Counted from the stretch's first letter, positions 1 to 9,611 are shown. The stretch: 38,412 nucleotides of DNA from Dehalococcoidia bacterium (GCA_027249445.1 JAPNTN010000049.1:1-38412), one strand, 5' to 3'. Made by a program: numbers and translations. Notes: generated by a model from the sequence alone, not told the origin.

Positions 1-282
1 AGTAATTCCTGGGGCAGAAATTGCTCTAGAGAGGCTGGGTATTCGACAGCGCAATTAAACTCCCTTACACCGTCATTATCACTGATTTCAGCGTTAAACC
101 TAATTTCGACTTCCTGCATATCTACACACCATCCCAACAACATCACGTATACACACTATTCCCAAATCATGGAGATTTTTCTTAATCAGTTAGATTAGTA
201 ATATGATCTTACTAAAAACTGGTACTACGCATCATCAATTATTAGAGCGAGTTTTAGTAAAAATTAATATCAGCGAATATAA

Positions 283-489
283 CTAGTGTAAATCCGAAGT
301 ATCGTCGCTGTGAGACCCTCTCAGCACACAATGACCACACTTGCGACATACGGGATGAAGATTGTTGTATTCAGGATGACGCTGGGTACAGAAACCCGCG
401 TCTGCGTCCTTGCAACGAGGGCATCCTTCGCAGTAACGCCCACCGGTACCCGTGACTCTCTCGGTCTCGCGGTCCGTTAATGTTGCCAT
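283..489 (-). CDS. hypothetical small cysteine-rich protein (68 aa; CxxCxxC-x7-C-x13-CxxCxxC)
   Basis: Intact ATG..TAG ORF. GC is visibly higher than in the AT-rich flanks. It lies co-oriented just downstream of the two tRNA genes. Seven Cys plus several His suggest metal binding. There is no convincing Shine-Dalgarno and I recognise no family, so coding status is tentative. Confidence 0.35.
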   Translation of the reverse strand: MATLTDRETERVTGTGGRYCEGCPRCKDADAGFCTQRHPEYNNLHPVCRKCGHCVLRGSHSDDTSDLH

Positions 490-529
490 AGAGCGTTACT
501 TAAATGCATATTGTATGATGTCGTTCTCA

Positions 530-604
530 TGGTCGGGGCGGCCAGGATCGAACTGGCGACCTCCTGGTCCCAAACCAGGCGCCCTACCGCTGGGCCACGC
601 CCCG
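530..604 (-). tRNA. tRNA-Pro (anticodon TGG), CCA encoded
   Basis: Hand-folded cloverleaf on the minus strand, 75 nt. Acceptor CGGGGCG/CGCCCCG; D arm GCCC-AGCGGTA-GGGC; anticodon arm CCTGG-TTTGGGA-CCAGG (TGG); variable AGGTC; T arm GCCAG-TTCGATC-CTGGC; discriminator A plus CCA. Confidence 0.93.
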
Positions 605-623
605 ATTGATTACCCCTTCACTA

Positions 624-698
624 TGGTACCCCCGGAGAGGGTCGAACTCTCGTCTCTGGCTCCGGAGGCCAGCACTCTATCCACTGAGCTACAGGGGC
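624..698 (-). tRNA. tRNA-Arg (anticodon CCG), CCA encoded
   Basis: Hand-folded cloverleaf on the minus strand, 75 nt. Acceptor GCCCCTG/CGGGGGT (two G-U pairs, including 1-72); D arm GCTC-AGTGGATA-GAGT; anticodon arm CTGGC-CTCCGGA-GCCAG (CCG, G37); 4-nt variable loop AGAC; T arm GAGAG-TTCGACC-CTCTC; A plus CCA. Confidence 0.88.
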
Positions 699-810
699 AC
701 TCCGAATAGCTAGCATAACACGTGACTACACGCCCTCACAAGATTGATGAATCCTAGACAAACATCCCGACTCCTAATAGACTACACCCAATTGACTAGG
801 AGGATCACAT

Positions 811-1866
811 ATGCCTGTATTTAGCCCTGAATTTTTACATAAAGCAGCGGTCCACATATACCGCGCCAAAGGCACCCCCGAAGAAGAAGCAGAGGTAGTA
901 GCAGCACATCAAGTCAAAGCAAATCTCGTGGGACACGACTCTCATGGAGTCATACACATTCCAGAATACTGTGAAAGAATCGACAAAGGGCACATTGTGC
1001 CTGGAGCTCCATTTGTAGTAGAACAAGAGACACCGACGACTGCGGTCATTAATGGTAACTGGGGATTTGGATTTGTTGTTACCGAAAAAGCTACTAAAAT
1101 GGTAATTGAAAAAGCCAAAACTAGTGGCGTGGCAGCCATCACAATACATCTTCAGAGCCATATAGGCAGGCTCGGAGACTACACTACAATGATATCCCAA
1201 GAAGGTATGATCGGTATGATTACCGCCGACTCAGGAGCAGGCCCAAAAGCAGTCGCACCATTTGGTGGACGTGCTCGAAGACTAGGTACTAACCCAATAT
1301 GCATGGCAATACCGAGCGATCTTGAAGGGCAAGTGTTGCTCGATATGGCAACCAGTGCCGTCGCAGCCGGTAAAATAAACCTAGCCAGAAATCGTCAAGA
1401 AGATGTTCCACCCGGATGGATAATAGACAAAGAAGGTAATCCGACCACAGATCCTAATGACTATTCCAAAGGCGGGGCTATATTACCTGTCGGAGCAGAT
1501 CAAGGGCATAAAGGATATGGCTTATCGTTCATGGTTGAAATTTTCTCTGGTTTACTTACTGGGCTAGGATTTGGTATTGACCCACAAGCAAGACACAACG
1601 ACGGAGTATTCCTAGTTGCTTATGACGTAGAAAAATTTAGACCACTGGCAGATTTCAAAAAGGATGTCAAAGATTTTGCTGAATTCGTCAAAACATCCCC
1701 TCCATCTGCTGGTTTCAGCGAAGTACTATATCCAGGGGAAATAGAATTTAAAACGGAGCAAAAAAGACGAGCTGAAGGAATATTCATAGAAGACGAGACC
1801 TGGAAGCAAATAACAGAGTTAATGGCTGAATTAAATGTCCAAAATGAAGTAGGTGACCCTTTTTAA
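811..1866 (+). CDS. Ldh_2 family NAD(P)H-dependent dehydrogenase (malate/L-lactate/ureidoglycolate/sulfolactate dehydrogenase type 2)
   Basis: 351-aa ORF with AGGAGG 6 nt upstream of the ATG. Family-typical segments: GHDSHGV, FGGRARRLGTNPI, DMATSAVAAGK, GHKGYGLS. Confidence 0.85.
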   Translation: MPVFSPEFLHKAAVHIYRAKGTPEEEAEVVAAHQVKANLVGHDSHGVIHIPEYCERIDKGHIVPGAPFVVEQETPTTAVINGNWGFGFVVTEKATKMVIEKAKTSGVAAITIHLQSHIGRLGDYTTMISQEGMIGMITADSGAGPKAVAPFGGRARRLGTNPICMAIPSDLEGQVLLDMATSAVAAGKINLARNRQEDVPPGWIIDKEGNPTTDPNDYSKGGAILPVGADQGHKGYGLSFMVEIFSGLLTGLGFGIDPQARHNDGVFLVAYDVEKFRPLADFKKDVKDFAEFVKTSPPSAGFSEVLYPGEIEFKTEQKRRAEGIFIEDETWKQITELMAELNVQNEVGDPF

Positions 1867-1897
1867 ATCGCCGTCAATATTAGCGAAGGCTCTCGGA

Positions 1898-2650
1898 CTA
1901 ATATTCATGAGGGCTTTCGCTGTTGGATGATTCGTACAAATATTTCAACAGCGGTATCTCTTGAAGTTTAGACTCATCCAAGTCTTCCCAATAAATACCG
2001 TCCGGCCTGCTCTTAAGCCTGTCGCAAAATATTATTTCTTCCTCAGAAACTATATAATCTACCGAAACATCATGACGACTCCACGGGAATGGCTCATCCA
2101 AAATCTGTATCTGGTCTACTGTTGTCAGAACGACTGTTTTATTGGTAACGGACCCAGCCTCTACAGCTAAAGCAAATTCAATATCAGCAAATCCACCACC
2201 TTTACCAATCCTCATTCCTTCTCGATTTACTGCAACTGAACCTGATATGACAAGATCTATCAAACCTAAATCGCTCGGAGAGACCGACTTTCCATACTTC
2301 AAAGCACCTTCCATTGTAGATAAGATTTCGGACGATGCCCCCAAAGCAGAACTAATTTCTACAAAGCATTTAGGCTGCCTCAGTCTGGGAACTGCCATGT
2401 AAACGGTTTTTCCGGATTCCAACGCCAATTTACGTAAAGGCCTCTGTGCCTTATCAGGATTGCTTTTTATGACTGAAGCCTCTTTCCATACATCGAGATT
2501 AATAACATTTGTAGCGGCAGCATAAGAGCGCTTAAAGTCTGGAATTTTATCGTATAGAGTCCCTCCATTAGCTAATCCAGCTATTTCCATCGCATCCCAA
2601 ACAAATTTTCTGATCTGTTCTTTGTTACGCACAGCTCTCCTAAACGTCAA
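1898..2650 (-). CDS. 5-formyltetrahydrofolate cyclo-ligase family protein
   Basis: 250-aa ORF with a GKGGGFAD motif (the G-x-G-G-G-[YF]-x-D signature of the 5-FTHF cyclo-ligase fold) and upstream LVISGSVAVN. The TTG start at 2650 is uncertain. A GTG at 2632 preceded by AGGAGA is an alternative. Confidence 0.7.
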   Translation of the reverse strand: MTFRRAVRNKEQIRKFVWDAMEIAGLANGGTLYDKIPDFKRSYAAATNVINLDVWKEASVIKSNPDKAQRPLRKLALESGKTVYMAVPRLRQPKCFVEISSALGASSEILSTMEGALKYGKSVSPSDLGLIDLVISGSVAVNREGMRIGKGGGFADIEFALAVEAGSVTNKTVVLTTVDQIQILDEPFPWSRHDVSVDYIVSEEEIIFCDRLKSRPDGIYWEDLDESKLQEIPLLKYLYESSNSESPHEY

Positions 2651-2662
2651 AAGCCAACCTTA

Positions 2663-3187
2663 TTAAGCAGGGACACCGACCATAGCCTGTAAAATTACCA
2701 TAGGAACAGCAACTACCAAGAACCCAACAACAACAACCCCGACCGCCCTCCATATAGACCTATAATCCAATACCTGTTTAACCGCCAAAGTCATAGCACA
2801 CAGTTGCCATATGCTTACAATCACCACCAAAGTCTGCCCTACAACGGGTAAAGGAGCAAAAACAAACAGGACTCCAGGAGACTGCGAGAAAGCTGTTCCG
2901 CGCGCCATTTGACCCCAATTAGCCTCCGTAGCTTCTGTATTAAATAACTTAGTGCCAATGATATATGTTATAAATGCCCAAACAACCCACTTCCCGAGTC
3001 CAAAGATTATTCCGGCAGCAACAGCTATTATAAAGTTTCCACCGAAAGTAAAGTAACTTCCCAAAGCAGTACTGATCGAGACAATGATAACAACGAGCGC
3101 TGCCTGCAAAGTAGCTGTGTGATCATGCTCAACTTCCTCAAATACATTCGCCTGCAATAATGCTGAACCAATCATTCTTCTTATCAT
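2663..3187 (-). CDS. Yip1-domain integral membrane protein
   Basis: N-terminus MIRRMIGSALLQANVFEEVEHD followed by about five hydrophobic helices, typical of bacterial Yip1/DUF1282 proteins. The ORF track extends to 3253. I prefer the ATG at 3187 (GGAG 6 nt upstream). 3193 is also possible. Confidence 0.65.
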   Translation of the reverse strand: MIRRMIGSALLQANVFEEVEHDHTATLQAALVVIIVSISTALGSYFTFGGNFIIAVAAGIIFGLGKWVVWAFITYIIGTKLFNTEATEANWGQMARGTAFSQSPGVLFVFAPLPVVGQTLVVIVSIWQLCAMTLAVKQVLDYRSIWRAVGVVVVGFLVVAVPMVILQAMVGVPA

Positions 3188-3429
3188 CGACATCTCCAAC
3201 TCATTCCCAAAATAAACAGGTCTAATCATATACGAGCTGAAAAGGCTAAGCACTAATTATTGCGCGTCTATTTGACCCAGTTTCATAATTACTACGGAGA
3301 TTCTAACGAGACTTTAGGATATAACTAACTAGTTTGGAAGTGATCCGTATTCCACGCCTCTTTTCCATAGGACAATGCCCAGTTACAATAGTGACAGCAA
3401 ACTACACAGAAAGGCCAAGCACCTTAGAA

Positions 3430-4944
3430 ATGCCCGACAGAGAAGATGAGCTAACGCTCAGTAGAAAAGCAAAACTGAAGAGACTCACTGACAATGGCAT
3501 TGACCCATATCCTCCACGATATACTAGAACCTCAGAGATAGCAGACGCTATATCACAATTTGAATCAATAGATTCTCAGGGCTCTGAACCACCTAATGAA
3601 CAGAGTGTATCTTTAGGCGGGAGAATTATGTCTATCCGATCCATGGGAAAGGCATCCTTTCTAGACATAAGAGATTCGTCGGGAACAATCCAAACATTGA
3701 TGAGACAAAACGTGCTCGAGCAATCCTATGAAACTCTAAAAGATATCGATATTGGAGATTTCATAGGAGTTACTGGGACGGTCATGAGAACTCGTACAGG
3801 TCAAATTACAGTGGATACTAAAGAATTTGTCGTACTATCAAAAGGATTGCGACCCCTACCTGAAAAATGGCATGGGCTTAGAGATGTTGAAATCAGATAC
3901 AGACAAAGATACCTAGACCTTATCGCTAATCCCCAGGTGAAAGATACATTTGTACAAAGGGGAAAAGTTATCAAAGGCATCCGAGACTTTTTAGACGATA
4001 AGGGTTTCCTGGAAGTAGATACACCCATAATGGTACCTGTTGCAGCGGGAGCGCATGCTAGACCATTCATTACCCATCACAATGCCCTAGACCAACAGTT
4101 ATATTTAAGAATAGCCACTGAACTGTATCTTAAGAGATTAATTGTTGGCGGATTTGATAAAGTATACGAGTTAGGCCGTGTATTCCGGAACGAAGGCATA
4201 GACCAGGACCATAACCCAGAGTTTACTCTCCTTGAAAGCTACGAAGCTTATGCCGACTATTTTAGCGTAATGGCCATGGTAGAGGAAATGGTTTCAAAAA
4301 TAGCCACTGACGTATGTGGAAGCACCAAAATACCTTTCGGTGAACACATAATTGATTTTACACCCCCTTGGGCTAAATTGGACCTCCGAGACGAATTGCG
4401 AGCTAGAAGTGGGATAGATATAGATGAATATCCAGACGACCAATCACTAACAGTTGTTGCCCGTGAAAAAGGTATCGATGTGGGACCCCTGGAGAGTAGG
4501 GGAAGACTCATAGACAAACTCTTATCTACATACGTAGAACCTCACCTAATTCAGCCTACCTTCCTGCTAGATTATCCCGAGGACATGTCTCCATTAGCAA
4601 AAGCAAAGCAGGATCAACCGGGATACGTAGAACGTTTTGAGGCATTCGCAGCAGGAATGGAAATCGCAAACTCCTATACTGAATTAAACGATCCAGTAGT
4701 TCAAAGAGAACGCTTTGAATCACAGGAAAAAATCAGGGACATTTACGAAGATGAAGAAGTGGATAGGAAAGATGAAGATTTCCTTACCTCTATAGAGTAT
4801 GGCATGCCACCAACCGGCGGGTTAGGCATGGGAATAGACAGGCTCGTTATGCTACTTACCGGACAATCAAGCATTAGGGACATATTGTTGTTTCCGCAAA
4901 TGCGGTCTATCAACGAACAACCTAATTCAGAAGAAATAGAATAA
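3430..4944 (+). CDS. lysS: lysine--tRNA ligase (class II)
   Basis: Class II LysRS motifs: FRNEGIDQDHNPEFTLLESYEAYADY, ERFEAFAAGMEIANSYTELNDP, GMPPTGGLGMGIDRLVMLLTG. The ORF track starts at a TTG at 3334. The ATG at 3430 (MPDREDELTLSRKAKL) matches the usual LysS N-terminus. Confidence 0.95.
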   Translation: MPDREDELTLSRKAKLKRLTDNGIDPYPPRYTRTSEIADAISQFESIDSQGSEPPNEQSVSLGGRIMSIRSMGKASFLDIRDSSGTIQTLMRQNVLEQSYETLKDIDIGDFIGVTGTVMRTRTGQITVDTKEFVVLSKGLRPLPEKWHGLRDVEIRYRQRYLDLIANPQVKDTFVQRGKVIKGIRDFLDDKGFLEVDTPIMVPVAAGAHARPFITHHNALDQQLYLRIATELYLKRLIVGGFDKVYELGRVFRNEGIDQDHNPEFTLLESYEAYADYFSVMAMVEEMVSKIATDVCGSTKIPFGEHIIDFTPPWAKLDLRDELRARSGIDIDEYPDDQSLTVVAREKGIDVGPLESRGRLIDKLLSTYVEPHLIQPTFLLDYPEDMSPLAKAKQDQPGYVERFEAFAAGMEIANSYTELNDPVVQRERFESQEKIRDIYEDEEVDRKDEDFLTSIEYGMPPTGGLGMGIDRLVMLLTGQSSIRDILLFPQMRSINEQPNSEEIE

Positions 4945-4971
4945 ACCAGTCGTTTTAGGAAAAATACAAAC

Positions 4972-6249
4972 ATGCTATCTCTAGAATTAATTCGGAAAGA
5001 CCCTGACCTTGTTAAAGCAGCTATGCTATCCAAAGGAGAAGAAGACTGTATCGATCTGATCCTAGAATTAGATTCTAAAAGACGGCAAGCTGTTACAGAA
5101 GGAGACGAACTCCGAGCCAAAAGAAATGAAGTTAGCAGACATATAGGCCAGGCCAGATCTTCAGGAGAATCTCCATCGGAACAAGTTTTAGAAGAGATGC
5201 GTCAGGTTGGCGATAATATAAACCTTCTCGAAGAGACCGTACGACAGCTAGACACTGAGATAAATGGGTTCTTGATGGGATTACCCAATATACCCCGATC
5301 CTCAGCTCTAAAAGGGGAAGGTGAGGACGATAACATAGTAACCCGTTCTTGGGGTGTTCCCCGAGAATTTGCGTTTACTCCTTCAGCTCATTGGGATATC
5401 GGAGAAAATCTTGGGATTATTGATTTTCAACGAGGAGTGAAGTTATCTGGTAGCCGTTTCTACACCATGTCGGGATACGGAGCCAAATTGGAGAGAGCTA
5501 TAATCTCTTGGATGCTTGAACTACATGGACAAGCTGGATACACCGAATTAATGCTGCCAATCATAGTACGCAGGGAAATCATGGAAGGCTCTGGAAATCT
5601 CCCAAAATTCGCAGACAATCTCTATCATGACGATGAAGATGACTTATGGCTTGTACCCACAGCAGAGGTTCCAATTACAAACTTGCACCGTGATGAGATA
5701 CTAGATTACAGTTCATTGCCGCTGTATTACGTGGCTCAGACCCCGTGTTTTCGCCGAGAACAAGCTGCAGCAGGCCGTGATACCAGAGGAATTAAAAGAG
5801 TACATCAATTCAACAAAGTGGAGATGTACAAGTTTGTCGCTCCTGAGGAATCAGACTCCGAACTTGAAATGTTATTGTCAGATGCTGAATCTGTTTGCAA
5901 AAACCTTGAACTCCCCTACCGAATAATTGAAATATGCACCGGTGATATGTCATTCCCTTCTGCCAAATCGTATGACGTTGAAGTATGGGCTTCAGGGTGT
6001 GAAGAGTGGCTGGAAGTCAGTTCATGCTCAAATTGTACTGACTTCCAAGCGCGACGGGCCAACGTAAGATACAGACCTCAAGAGAACGGCAGACCTGATT
6101 TCGTCCACACTTTGAATGGGTCAGGCTTAGCACTCCCACGAGTTATCATTGCTATCCTTGAAAATAATCAGCAGGAAGATGGGTCCATAACTATTCCGGA
6201 AGTCCTACGCCCATACACGCGGTTTGATACTATCCCTGCGCTGAAGTAA
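4972..6249 (+). CDS. serS: serine--tRNA ligase
   Basis: 425 aa. N-terminal coiled-coil arm (MLSLELIRKDPDLVKAAM...), then class II core motifs: FRREQAAAGRDTRGIKRVHQFNKVEMY, TLNGSGLALPRVIIAILENNQQEDGSI. Confidence 0.95.
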   Translation: MLSLELIRKDPDLVKAAMLSKGEEDCIDLILELDSKRRQAVTEGDELRAKRNEVSRHIGQARSSGESPSEQVLEEMRQVGDNINLLEETVRQLDTEINGFLMGLPNIPRSSALKGEGEDDNIVTRSWGVPREFAFTPSAHWDIGENLGIIDFQRGVKLSGSRFYTMSGYGAKLERAIISWMLELHGQAGYTELMLPIIVRREIMEGSGNLPKFADNLYHDDEDDLWLVPTAEVPITNLHRDEILDYSSLPLYYVAQTPCFRREQAAAGRDTRGIKRVHQFNKVEMYKFVAPEESDSELEMLLSDAESVCKNLELPYRIIEICTGDMSFPSAKSYDVEVWASGCEEWLEVSSCSNCTDFQARRANVRYRPQENGRPDFVHTLNGSGLALPRVIIAILENNQQEDGSITIPEVLRPYTRFDTIPALK

Positions 6250-6260
6250 CACCAGATTTA

Positions 6261-7103
6261 TTATTTCTCAATAGGCGCGCCCACTATGCTGCCCCACTCC
6301 GTCCAGGACCCATCATAATTACTAACATTTGAATATCCAAGCAGCTGAGTGAGCACAAACCACGTGTGGGATGACCGTTCACCTATACGGCAATATGTGA
6401 CTGTATTTCCTTCACCCGTTATGCCATTATCTTTATACAATTGCAGTAATTCAGCATACGTTTTAAACGTACCGTCACTATCTGTAGCCTGAGCCCAAGG
6501 AATGTTCTTTGCACCCGGAATATGCCCTGCTCTCTGAGATCCTTCCTGCGGTACATTCTCAGGGGCAAATAGCAAACCGCTATATTCATCAGGAGATCTA
6601 ACATCAACTAAAGAAATCCCAGATTCTGATAAAGCCTTCAAGATTTGATCACGATATGCCCGCAACGATTCATCGGGCTCTTTAGCCAAATACGGAACAG
6701 AATCGACTTCGGTTTTAGTTTCCACAAAAGGTTTCCCTTCTAGCTCCCATTTGATACGACCGCCATTCATTATCCTTACATCTTGATGCCCATAATATTT
6801 CAACTGCCAAAAAGCCCAGCAGGCAAACCAATTATTATTGTCCCCATACAAAATTACAGTTGTAGAATTGCTAATACCGGAGTCTGACAATAATTTCTGC
6901 ATGCCTTCTTTATCGATCAGGTCACGAACCATACCTTGTTGTAATTGGCTTTGCCAATTCCAGCCTACCGCACCCGATATATGCCCGTGATCAAACACAT
7001 TCGTGTCTACATCTACCTCTACCAGTCTTACACTTGGATCATCCAAATGTTCATATACCCATTCGGTTTCTACTATAGATTCAGGGCGCGCATAAGCGGT
7101 CAT
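6261..7103 (-). CDS. thiosulfate sulfurtransferase (two-domain rhodanese)
   Basis: 280 aa with tandem rhodanese domains. Active-site loop YCRIGERSSHTWF in the C-terminal domain (CRxGxR type). AGGAG lies 7 nt upstream of the ATG. Confidence 0.88.
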   Translation of the reverse strand: MTAYARPESIVETEWVYEHLDDPSVRLVEVDVDTNVFDHGHISGAVGWNWQSQLQQGMVRDLIDKEGMQKLLSDSGISNSTTVILYGDNNNWFACWAFWQLKYYGHQDVRIMNGGRIKWELEGKPFVETKTEVDSVPYLAKEPDESLRAYRDQILKALSESGISLVDVRSPDEYSGLLFAPENVPQEGSQRAGHIPGAKNIPWAQATDSDGTFKTYAELLQLYKDNGITGEGNTVTYCRIGERSSHTWFVLTQLLGYSNVSNYDGSWTEWGSIVGAPIEK

Positions 7104-7150
7104 ATATAGTCTCCTACTCTCAGTTGATTATTCCCATTGTACAACTCAAA

Positions 7151-8959
7151 TTACTTATAACAATTATGTCTCCACAAAAGCCGATTCTGTTGATCGGGAG
7201 ATTGGCCAGGAGGATTAGTCCGTTCTTCAATAAAATAGATCTGAAACGTCATTAAGTCAAAGTCTGTTTCTACAACTGGATCATTCCAACTTCTACAAAT
7301 ATATTTCCCATAATAAAGTCGTTCGTCTTTAAACTTGGGTTTATATAAGGTTAGCAAATATTTTCTCCACCTATTGTTGACATACGTATCCGATACATCA
7401 TTCGGTTTAGACCAATCTATTGGATTACGAGAATATACATCTACGGTACCACCGTTCCTCAATGTACCTGGTATAACAAACCAACCATCTCCCAAAGCTG
7501 GATACGGTGCAAACATATGCCATTCTTGGTATATTCGAAACATAGGTCCAGGCCAATACAATAAAGATGGAACTTTCCAATTGATTTGCTCTGTAACAGC
7601 AATATTCCACATTATGACGTAAGCGAGTATGACCACCGTAGATATCTTCGCCCATTTCGGCAATGTGGAGTGATTGTCACGATATTTAAGGTGTGTAGTA
7701 ACTTTAGAGAAAATACCCCGATTCGTAGCTACATATTGATACATGTTAGTACCTACCCGTACAACCGGAGACACATTCAGAAGAATAGCTACATATCCAA
7801 CGATTGGAGCTTGTCTTAAAGCGTAGATAAAAGCTTCAAATCGAATTAAAGTACGACCGGTAGAAGTTACTACAACCCAACTATTATTCTCTCGAAATAT
7901 TGGCTCTATACTAGGGTCATCCTGGGCCGGCTGGACAGTAACATTTCTCCAGACCAATAAAACTTTCAAAATATCTACAGTTTTCTTACAAAAATCACAA
8001 TCATCATCATAATAAATACGAAAATACGTTCCCGGCCTATCAAATAATACCGACCACAATTTATCCCAAAATACAGTTGGAATTGCTATGGTCCAGACAA
8101 TAATAGACACGAACGGGAAATATCCGATGTTTAGAGTAAGTGCTATACCGATATGGAGTCCCAAGAATGCTAATATCACTAGTAGTCGAGATACATCGTT
8201 TCGGATCGGCGAAAATAGTAATATCGGTCCAAGTAGTTCAAGCCATAAAGTAAGCCATGTTCCAGCCTTCATCAAAAGAGGGAAGGATAATAGAGCAGTA
8301 CCAAATTTGGTAGCGTACATATCCAAATTCATCGCATAATAAACAGCAGTATAATCTTGCATCCAAGTAGGGTGTATCTTGGCAATCCAGTTAAATGTAT
8401 ACACCAACGCTAGTTGAATTAAAATCGCTAGACTAGCCACCGAGAAGTATTGGTTAGCGCCTCGATTATCACTTCTTCTACTGTCTAAAGCATGATCCAA
8501 TGAAAATCTGGCGCCTAGCGGCAGAAACATGCTCCAAAAAAGCATTACGCATAACAGGATATCTCCGCCTGAAAGAATAATCGGATTTCTTGAGTGCAGT
8601 GAAACTATCAGAATCCAGCAAATGATCGTCATCCACTTCGTTTTAAACCCAATGAGAAGCAATAAGGCTATGACGCCGTGAAGAAGAAATATAACCGCCT
8701 CTACCTCTAGCATTCCTGAAATGTTGTGCAACGATAAGTGCCAACGATTCCCTACACCCTGAGTCAACGCCCATCGTGGTAAAACACCTAGGTCTGTGTA
8801 ATGTGCTTTCAGATCAAAAGATCTCTGCACTAGATCGATGATTATAAGTAGTGAAATGCCTATTCTGAATAGCGCCAAAGAACGTAAATCTACAGAACAT
8901 ACTTCTTTGAACAAAGTAATCCAGGGATTAGTAGATGTGGGGATTTGCGGCGTGGACAT
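7151..8959 (-). CDS. HTTM-domain (vitamin K-dependent gamma-carboxylase-like) polytopic membrane protein with internal DCC-family thiol-disulfide oxidoreductase (DUF393) domain
   Basis: 602 aa. The N-terminal ~300 aa start with the HTTM-type LRSLALFRIGISLLIIIDL helix followed by multiple TM helices. Residues ~313-420 read RIYYDDDCDFCKK (CxxC at nt 7988-7999), as in DCC/DUF393 proteins. The C-terminal part has W-x-MFAPYP...DGWF, common in bacterial HTTM proteins. The start lies 9 nt after the stop of the nitrile hydratase alpha gene. Confidence 0.75.
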   Translation of the reverse strand: MSTPQIPTSTNPWITLFKEVCSVDLRSLALFRIGISLLIIIDLVQRSFDLKAHYTDLGVLPRWALTQGVGNRWHLSLHNISGMLEVEAVIFLLHGVIALLLLIGFKTKWMTIICWILIVSLHSRNPIILSGGDILLCVMLFWSMFLPLGARFSLDHALDSRRSDNRGANQYFSVASLAILIQLALVYTFNWIAKIHPTWMQDYTAVYYAMNLDMYATKFGTALLSFPLLMKAGTWLTLWLELLGPILLFSPIRNDVSRLLVILAFLGLHIGIALTLNIGYFPFVSIIVWTIAIPTVFWDKLWSVLFDRPGTYFRIYYDDDCDFCKKTVDILKVLLVWRNVTVQPAQDDPSIEPIFRENNSWVVVTSTGRTLIRFEAFIYALRQAPIVGYVAILLNVSPVVRVGTNMYQYVATNRGIFSKVTTHLKYRDNHSTLPKWAKISTVVILAYVIMWNIAVTEQINWKVPSLLYWPGPMFRIYQEWHMFAPYPALGDGWFVIPGTLRNGGTVDVYSRNPIDWSKPNDVSDTYVNNRWRKYLLTLYKPKFKDERLYYGKYICRSWNDPVVETDFDLMTFQIYFIEERTNPPGQSPDQQNRLLWRHNCYK

Positions 8960-8968
8960 AATTAAGCC

Positions 8969-9607
8969 TTATAAACGATCGGCTGACAGTGGATCTGAAA
9001 CTCCTATCATACTATCTCTAGTTACTAGTGCAGCCAGAGACTCCTGATCCAAGGCTTCCGTTCCCGACGGCCTTCTAGGAATGACCATGTATCGCATATC
9101 TGCAGTACTATCAAGGACCCTTACCTCAACATCATCTGATAGTCGCAGCCCAAATTCTTCCATAACTTCCCTGGGGGAGACTACCACTCTAGATCTGTAC
9201 GCCAGACTCTTATACCAATCAGGAGGTCTCCCAAGTAGCATTCTTGGGTAACACGAACACAGAGTACAGACGACAACATGGTGAATAGAATCCGAATTTT
9301 CAACCACTTTTAAATAAGGCGTTTTGTCTGGAAGCTCGTATCCAATTTCCTTCAAAGCGTCAGATGCATTAGCCAACAGTCTGGTCTTAAACGACTCATC
9401 CGACCAGGCTAAAGCCACTATCTTTGCCCCATCAGCAGGTGACTTGCTGTCCATAGCATTCACCTCACGATCAATTTCCGCAGTCGTCATGACACCTTTT
9501 TCGACTAGTAACGTTTCAATCGCTTTGGCTCTCGAAGCGTAGTAACTTAATTGTACTTCCGTTTCAGGATCATGATTGCCATGATTTGTATGTTGATTAC
9601 TTGCCAT
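8969..9607 (-). CDS. nthA: nitrile hydratase family alpha subunit, cobalt type (equivalent to thiocyanate hydrolase gamma)
   Basis: 212 aa. Metal-binding claw VVVCTLCSCYP at nt 9251-9268 (CTLCSC is the Co type). Also PPDWYKSLAYRSRVV, DSTADMRYMVIPRRPSGTE and LVTRDSMIGV. Confidence 0.9.
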   Translation of the reverse strand: MASNQHTNHGNHDPETEVQLSYYASRAKAIETLLVEKGVMTTAEIDREVNAMDSKSPADGAKIVALAWSDESFKTRLLANASDALKEIGYELPDKTPYLKVVENSDSIHHVVVCTLCSCYPRMLLGRPPDWYKSLAYRSRVVVSPREVMEEFGLRLSDDVEVRVLDSTADMRYMVIPRRPSGTEALDQESLAALVTRDSMIGVSDPLSADRL

Positions 9608-9611
9608 TAAT

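Noticed and set aside
1-119. Possible 5' end of a minus-strand gene (ATG at 117-119, MQEVEIRFNAEISDNDG...) running off the left edge
   Set aside because: Only 39 codons are visible, the SD is weak and no motif is recognisable. That is too little evidence to list it as a feature.
283-698. tRNA-adjacent integration site or genomic islet
   Set aside because: There is no integrase or excisionase. I noticed no direct repeat of the tRNA-Pro 3' end in 1-530.
452-709. 85-aa plus-strand ORF in the ORF track
   Set aside because: It runs antisense straight through the two hand-folded tRNA genes (530-604 and 624-698). The GC-rich tRNA sequence explains the open frame.
3254-3429. T-box or other leader upstream of lysS, and the TTG-extended lysS start at 3334
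   Set aside because: No T-box consensus (AATTAGGGTGGTACCGCG-like) or specifier/antiterminator architecture is visible, and the region is too short. The N-terminal extension has no LysS-like sequence, while the ATG at 3430 gives a standard N-terminus.
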